NCBI GenBank assembly: GCA_042571405.1
Contig: JBHPHU010000005.1
Location: forward strand, 1 to 61,706
Length of the DNA stretch: 61,706 nt
From: Candidatus Omnitrophota bacterium
GTDB taxonomy: Bacteria > Omnitrophota > Gorgyraeia > Gorgyraeales > Gorgyraeaceae
Direction: 5' to 3'
The translations under genes and the position numbers were made by a program. Positions within the stretch are counted from its first letter, which is position 1; every line of letters starts with the position of its first letter. This document shows positions 57,289 through 61,706 of this stretch, one piece after another. Below the pieces are notes generated by a model, which was not told the DNA's origin, ran no database searches, and saw only the letters and a list, made by a program, of their open reading frames with translations.

Positions 57289-58797
57289 ATGCATAAAAGA
57301 CCCCTTGCAGTCATTTGTATTTTCTTCATAATAGGGATTGTTTTAGCGAAGTTCCTGCCCGATTTTGTTAAATTTTCTCATATATTTGCAATAACTTTAA
57401 TCTTCATTTCATCGTCTTTACTTCTCAATCTGCCCTACAGTGGGTTGGAGGCAGGAAGAGAGAAAGCAGCGAATGCTCTTTTACTCTTATCAGTTATTTC
57501 CTTTGCCACACTTCTGTATGTAAATTCCAATATTTTTCCGACTAATCATATTAGCCATTTTTTGGGAGAAGAAAAACTCAAAGCCAACATCGCCGGTATC
57601 ATAAAAAGCCCGGCACTGACGCGGAAGCCGTATTATGGCAAGATTAATTCTACGTATATGTTTGAAGTAGAGGCGATAAAGGCTGAAGGCTCTAGGCTCA
57701 AGGCTGGAGGGGAGTGGTTGGGCGTAACTGGTTTATCGCAGATCAGAATACAAACTGAAAAAGATTATCAATATGGCGATAGACTGTTAGTAAGAGGTAC
57801 GATAAGGAGGCCTGCCAGTGATGCTTCTCGACTTCGCTCGAAGAATATTGAAGGGAATAATGTTCGAGCGAAGTCGAGAACATTTAATTATAGGGAATTT
57901 TTAGAAAGACAAAATATATTCGCCCTTATAAATACGAAAGAAAATAATATTACTGTCCTATCTCATGATTACAAATCAAATCCTATCCTGAAATACACAT
58001 ATCTTCTCCGCGAAAAACTTAAAAATCAGATCCTCGAAAAGATGCCTCTTGAAAGCGGCGCATTCCTGAGGGCGATTCTCCTCGGCGATCGCTCTGAACT
58101 CCCAAAACATATTCAAACCTCCTTTAAAAACTCCGGCACAGTACATGTTTTGGCAATAAGTGGACTGCATATTGGGATCATTGCGCTTGTGTTCCTTTAT
58201 CTCTTCAGGCTCTTGAGGTTCAGAAGAGAATTCTCTTATATATTGACTATAATATTTTTGATATTTTTTGCTATACTTACGCTCTCAAGGCCGTCGGTTG
58301 TAAGGGCAGTAGCGATGGCTGCTATTTTTCTTACAGGTATGCTCTTAGGGAAGAAGGTGGATGTGTATAATTCTTTAGGAGCAGCAGCGCTTTTTATATT
58401 GATCAGGAATCCCAAGGATATTTCTAATATCGGATTCCAGCTATCTTTTGCGGCAGTACTTTTTATATTATTCTTTACGCCCAAATTCATGAGGTTTGTG
58501 AAAGAGGGGACTAATTTCTATATAAAAAGATATTTGTATACGCCTTTGGCAGTCTCAATGTCAGCATGGCTAGGCACATTTAGTTTGGTATGGTATTACT
58601 TTAAGATCGTGACGCCTATTGCTATTATTGCCAATCTTTTTATAATCCCTGCCATTTTTGCATTATTGATAGGCGGCTTGGGGTTTCTCTTGTTGGGCTG
58701 GGCGCCATTTATAGGAGATTTTCTGGCAGGCCTTAATGATTTTCTATGCCAGGCGATCTTTTTCCTCGCAAGTTTCTTTGCTAAGCTTGCATTTTAG
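57289..58797 (+). CDS. comEC: ComEC/Rec2 competence channel without a C-terminal metallo-beta-lactamase domain
   Basis: FNYREFL, AILLGDR, HVLAISGLH, PSVVRA and GFQLSF motifs. Confidence 0.9.
   Translation: MHKRPLAVICIFFIIGIVLAKFLPDFVKFSHIFAITLIFISSSLLLNLPYSGLEAGREKAANALLLLSVISFATLLYVNSNIFPTNHISHFLGEEKLKANIAGIIKSPALTRKPYYGKINSTYMFEVEAIKAEGSRLKAGGEWLGVTGLSQIRIQTEKDYQYGDRLLVRGTIRRPASDASRLRSKNIEGNNVRAKSRTFNYREFLERQNIFALINTKENNITVLSHDYKSNPILKYTYLLREKLKNQILEKMPLESGAFLRAILLGDRSELPKHIQTSFKNSGTVHVLAISGLHIGIIALVFLYLFRLLRFRREFSYILTIIFLIFFAILTLSRPSVVRAVAMAAIFLTGMLLGKKVDVYNSLGAAALFILIRNPKDISNIGFQLSFAAVLFILFFTPKFMRFVKEGTNFYIKRYLYTPLAVSMSAWLGTFSLVWYYFKIVTPIAIIANLFIIPAIFALLIGGLGFLLLGWAPFIGDFLAGLNDFLCQAIFFLASFFAKLAF
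57680..57710 (+). repeat. 7-bp tandem array (AGGCTNN)x4 in frame in comEC
   Basis: AGGCTGA AGGCTCT AGGCTCA AGGCTGG AGG; encodes KAEGSRLKAGG. Confidence 0.75.
57825..57880. repeat. Perfect 18-bp inverted repeat with a 20-nt spacer, in frame in comEC
   Basis: TTCTCGACTTCGCTCGAA / TTCGAGCGAAGTCGAGAA. Confidence 0.92.
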
Positions 58798-58800
58798 GCC

Positions 58801-58829
58801 TTGCTTCAAAAATAAAATTATGCTATGAT
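58801..58829 (+). promoter_or_regulatory. Sigma70-type promoter, probably giving a leaderless bamD mRNA
   Basis: TTGCTT-17 bp-TATGAT with TGn; ATG 58837 lies 7 nt downstream and has no SD. Confidence 0.5.
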
Positions 58830-58836
58830 ATGGCAC

Positions 58837-59784
58837 ATGAAGAAACAAGGTATTATAGCTTTAATATTGCTTATATATTATATATCAGCGGCTCCGGCGT
58901 ATGCTTTCTGGGTGTGGACTCCTGAAAGCGGTAAATGGGAGAACCCTAAGTACGCGGCAAAGGATACGCCTGAAGAGCAGATGGAGTATGCCAAGGGTTT
59001 TTATGAGGCCAAGAATTACAAGCTGGCCCTGAGGGAGTTCAAGAAATTGATCAAGTATTATCCGCTAGCCAAAGAAGCGCCATCCGCTCAATATTATATA
59101 GGCCGTATCATGGAAGACCTGGCTAAGCCGTACGCAGCATTCAAGGCGTATCAAAAGGTAATAGACCTTTATCCTTATACAGATTTTGTGGATGAGGTAA
59201 TTGAGAGGGAATTCAAGATAGGCAATATGTTTCTATCAGGTGAGAAGGTGAGTGTCCTGGGACCTTTAAAGATGCCAGCTAAAGATAAGGCAATAGAGAT
59301 ATTCAAGGCAGTGGCTGAGACTTCTCCTTATGGAAAGTATGCAGACCAGGCAGTGTTTAAAACAGGCTTAGCCTATAAAGACATAGCTGATTATGACAGC
59401 GCTATAATGAGCTTCAAAGAAGTCATAGATAAATATCCTGATTCAGAGCTTGTTGATACAGCGAGGTATAAGCTGGCAGAGTGTTCAAAATTATTGTCGT
59501 TGAAACCTGATTATGATCAGACACCTACTATAGCTGCCAGGGAGGAATTCGAGGAGTTCATAGAAAAGCACCCTGATAGTGAGATATCAGAAGATGCCAA
59601 GGAGATAGTTATTAAACTTAAGGATAGAGAGGCAGAGAATGCGTATAAGGTAGCAGAATTTTATGAGTCAAGGCGCATGAATGAGAGCGCAGTTATATAT
59701 TATGAGGACATAATCAGGAATTATCCAGGCACACAATGGGCCAAAAAAGCTCAGGAGCGACTAGGTGAAATCAAAAAGAAGTAG
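58837..59784 (+). CDS. bamD: BamD-like TPR outer-membrane assembly factor
   Basis: Signal peptide, TPRs ending YP.S/YP.T and YDQT.T..A..EF..F...HPDS; adjacent to lptE. Confidence 0.75.
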   Translation: MKKQGIIALILLIYYISAAPAYAFWVWTPESGKWENPKYAAKDTPEEQMEYAKGFYEAKNYKLALREFKKLIKYYPLAKEAPSAQYYIGRIMEDLAKPYAAFKAYQKVIDLYPYTDFVDEVIEREFKIGNMFLSGEKVSVLGPLKMPAKDKAIEIFKAVAETSPYGKYADQAVFKTGLAYKDIADYDSAIMSFKEVIDKYPDSELVDTARYKLAECSKLLSLKPDYDQTPTIAAREEFEEFIEKHPDSEISEDAKEIVIKLKDREAENAYKVAEFYESRRMNESAVIYYEDIIRNYPGTQWAKKAQERLGEIKKK

Positions 59785-60331
59785 TTTGCGACTATCCGCT
59801 ATCCGCTATCCACTATCCGCTATAATGTGCGTTATAATATTATCCGGTTGTGGTTATACTACAGGTGTTGTTCTTCCCAATAACATAAAAACAATCCAGG
59901 TCGCTATATTCAAAAACAAGATTGACATAACAAAAGAAGTGAGCGCAAAAGATAAATATGAGGTTTACAGGCCAAATCTCGAGGTGGATCTAAGGGACGC
60001 GATAATAGAGAGGGTTTTTCTGGATGGTAATTTAAAGGTAGCCTCAGGGAGCATTGCCAATGCTATTCTCTCAGGCGAGATCACGCAATACAGAAAGGAT
60101 CCTTTAAGATATCAAAATGAAGAGGTGCGTGAATACAGGATAAGCCTGGTATGTGATTTTAAATTATTAGATTCCGGAAACGGAGAGGTGTTAATAGAAG
60201 AAGACGGCATTACAGGAGATACGACCTATTTCACCACTGGTACGCTTCAGAAGAGCGAGACATCTGCCTTAACCAATGCAATGCAGGATCTTGCCAGAAG
60301 AATAGTTAATAGAATAGTTGAGAGCTGGTAA
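59765..60331 (+). CDS. lptE: LPS assembly lipoprotein LptE
   Basis: Lipobox LSGCGY, LP..IKTI and DLARRIV; upstream of holA. Confidence 0.8.
   Translation: MKSKRSSLRLSAIRYPLSAIMCVIILSGCGYTTGVVLPNNIKTIQVAIFKNKIDITKEVSAKDKYEVYRPNLEVDLRDAIIERVFLDGNLKVASGSIANAILSGEITQYRKDPLRYQNEEVREYRISLVCDFKLLDSGNGEVLIEEDGITGDTTYFTTGTLQKSETSALTNAMQDLARRIVNRIVESW
59792..59822 (+). repeat. 7-bp tandem array (CTATCCG)x4 in the lptE signal peptide
   Basis: CTATCCG CTATCCG CTATCCA CTATCCG CTA; encodes LSAIRYPLSA. Confidence 0.85.
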
Positions 60332-60342
60332 TAACAATATAA

Positions 60343-60450
60343 TTCCAAATGTCAAATGACAAAATCCAAATGAATAATTTAAATCCAAATAATTAAATTA
60401 TTTGTCATTGGGTGATTCATTTGTCATTTGGGATTTGTCATTTGGGATTT
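60343..60450. repeat. Inverted pair of 7-bp arrays (NNCAAAT / ATTTGNN) between lptE and holA
   Basis: TCCAAAT GTCAAAT GACAAAA TCCAAAT ... ATTTGTC ATTTGGG ATTTGTC ATTTGGG. Confidence 0.85.
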
Positions 60451-60456
60451 TTTACG

Positions 60457-61416
60457 ATGCCTACCAAAATATTCCCCGTATATCTTTTTCTTGGCGAAGA
60501 GGGTTTTTTAAAGCAAGAGGCGGTTGAGAACCTGAAGTCAACTCTTTTGGACAAAAATACCCAGGACCTTAATTACAATATATTTCATGCCAAGGACAAG
60601 GATTTTAATGTCAGCAGTATGCTTGATAGCCTTGATACCATGCCCTTTTTATCAAAGAGAAGACTAGTGGTATTAAAGGAGGCTGATTCTGTAACCGCAT
60701 CTGTAAAGACATCGATCCTTTCTTATCTGGAGAGCCCAAGAGAAAGTTCTGTTTTTGTTATTGAAAGCGATTTGCCTGTTATAAAGGGCGAGTTTCTTTT
60801 AAAGGCCTCAAAGGCCGCGCACCTGGTCTATCACAGGAAGCTGACAGATCCAGGTATTAATGCCTGGCTTGTTAAAAAGGCAGGCCTTGCTGAAAAAAAG
60901 ATTTCCATAGAGGCTATTAATGCGATAAAAGAAAACCTGCCGAATGATCTCAGGGTGATCTCTTCCAATATGGATAGCATAATTCTCTATGTTGGCAAGA
61001 GACCATTGATAAAAAAACAGGATATTGATAATATTATAGGAGCGAGTCCTTCGCATACAGCCTTTGATCTTATAGATACTATAGGAGAGAAGGATGCTAA
61101 AAAAGCCCTTTGCATATTTTCTACTCTTAAGAGAGACAAAAAAAGGGAGACAGAGCTTTTGGGACTTTTGGCATGGAACGCGAGGATGCTTTTAAGGATA
61201 AAGGAGCTTTTCAAGATCAAGAATAATATGGAGATGCGGCAGGATCTTGGCCTGAGCCCAAGGGCATTTGAGAGGATCCTGCGTCACGCGTCTATGCTGA
61301 AGAAAAAAGAGATCCTTGTGCTGCTGGACGAGATACTCCGTTCAGACCTTGCTATAAAGACAGGCGCTTCTCCTGCGGCAGTAATAGAGAGACTTATAGT
61401 TAAGATGTGCGCCTAG
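60457..61416 (+). CDS. holA: DNA polymerase III delta subunit
   Basis: PVYLFLGEE, TMPFLSKRRLVV, F.LID.I and DLAIKTG motifs; next to lptE and rpsT. Confidence 0.9.
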   Translation: MPTKIFPVYLFLGEEGFLKQEAVENLKSTLLDKNTQDLNYNIFHAKDKDFNVSSMLDSLDTMPFLSKRRLVVLKEADSVTASVKTSILSYLESPRESSVFVIESDLPVIKGEFLLKASKAAHLVYHRKLTDPGINAWLVKKAGLAEKKISIEAINAIKENLPNDLRVISSNMDSIILYVGKRPLIKKQDIDNIIGASPSHTAFDLIDTIGEKDAKKALCIFSTLKRDKKRETELLGLLAWNARMLLRIKELFKIKNNMEMRQDLGLSPRAFERILRHASMLKKKEILVLLDEILRSDLAIKTGASPAAVIERLIVKMCA

Positions 61417-61424
61417 TTTGAAAG

Positions 61425-61685
61425 TTAAGCGGTTTTTAACTTTTTCGAGAGGCGTGATTTTTTGCGCGAGGCAGTGTTCTTATGGATAATGCCTTTTGAA
61501 CTTGCCTTGTCGAGAGTTGAGATAAGGACCTTAAGCTGTTTCTTAGCCTCATCCAGTTTTTTTGCAGACACGAGATCTATGAATTTCTTTGTCTCGGTCT
61601 TTAAAAGAGACTTTATAGACAGATTCCGCGCGGTTCTTCTTTTGGTTACCTTGATACTTTTGTAAGCAGCATGTAGTATTGGCAT
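61425..61685 (-). CDS. rpsT: 30S ribosomal protein S20
   Basis: RN..IKS.LKT and LDKASSKGIIHKNTASRKKSRL; AGGAG RBS. Confidence 0.97.
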   Translation of the reverse strand: MPILHAAYKSIKVTKRRTARNLSIKSLLKTETKKFIDLVSAKKLDEAKKQLKVLISTLDKASSKGIIHKNTASRKKSRLSKKLKTA

Positions 61686-61706
61686 TATTTCTCCTTTTTA
61701 GTGTAA

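Noticed and set aside
57430-57454. Possible third comEC insert (CTGCC...GGCAG, LPYSGLEAG)
   Set aside because: Only a 5-bp stem; cannot be supported without an ortholog alignment.
57289-58797. comEC as a pseudogene
   Set aside because: The frame and core motifs are intact, and ComEC proteins lacking the beta-lactamase domain are known.
60412-60456. Longer holA start at GTG 60412 (likewise ORF-track starts 4620, 23831, 25702, 32939, 43476, 47492)
   Set aside because: The extensions run through repeat arrays, promoters or upstream genes; downstream starts match RBS, signal peptide or family N-termini better.

Overview
A gene-dense, moderately AT-rich bacterial chromosome segment read with the standard code. 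Gene content, including two chlamydial-MOMP-like barrels and Fe-S/radical SAM enzymes, fits a diderm anaerobe of the PVC neighbourhood, possibly Omnitrophota; this assignment is inference only. Bases 1-35.4 kb are a + strand Wzx/Wzy-type exopolysaccharide/surface-glycan locus. It is headed by an HTH-HD-GYP regulator and contains GT4s, a deacetylase, a GNAT, an AlgD-like dehydrogenase, a heparinase-like lyase, a priming transferase, radical SAM enzymes, an exported protein with duplicated SLH-like/baseplate-like modules and two histidine kinases. Bases 35.4-43.6 kb are a - strand amino-sugar synthesis/transfer cassette with its own promoter, bracketed by an exact 38-bp direct repeat next to comM. 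Bases 43.6-61.7 kb are housekeeping, envelope and competence genes (comM, two porin-like genes, L,D-transpeptidase, accA, tRNA-Leu, tRNA-Ala, leuS, comEA, pgi, comEC, bamD, lptE, holA, rpsT). The most striking unannotated signal is a dense population of small palindromes (26-65 bp, several families, some with compensatory substitutions) and 7-bp repeat arrays. They sit in frame inside genes, including leuS and comEC, supply stop codons and abut tRNA ends, with no transposase in the window.
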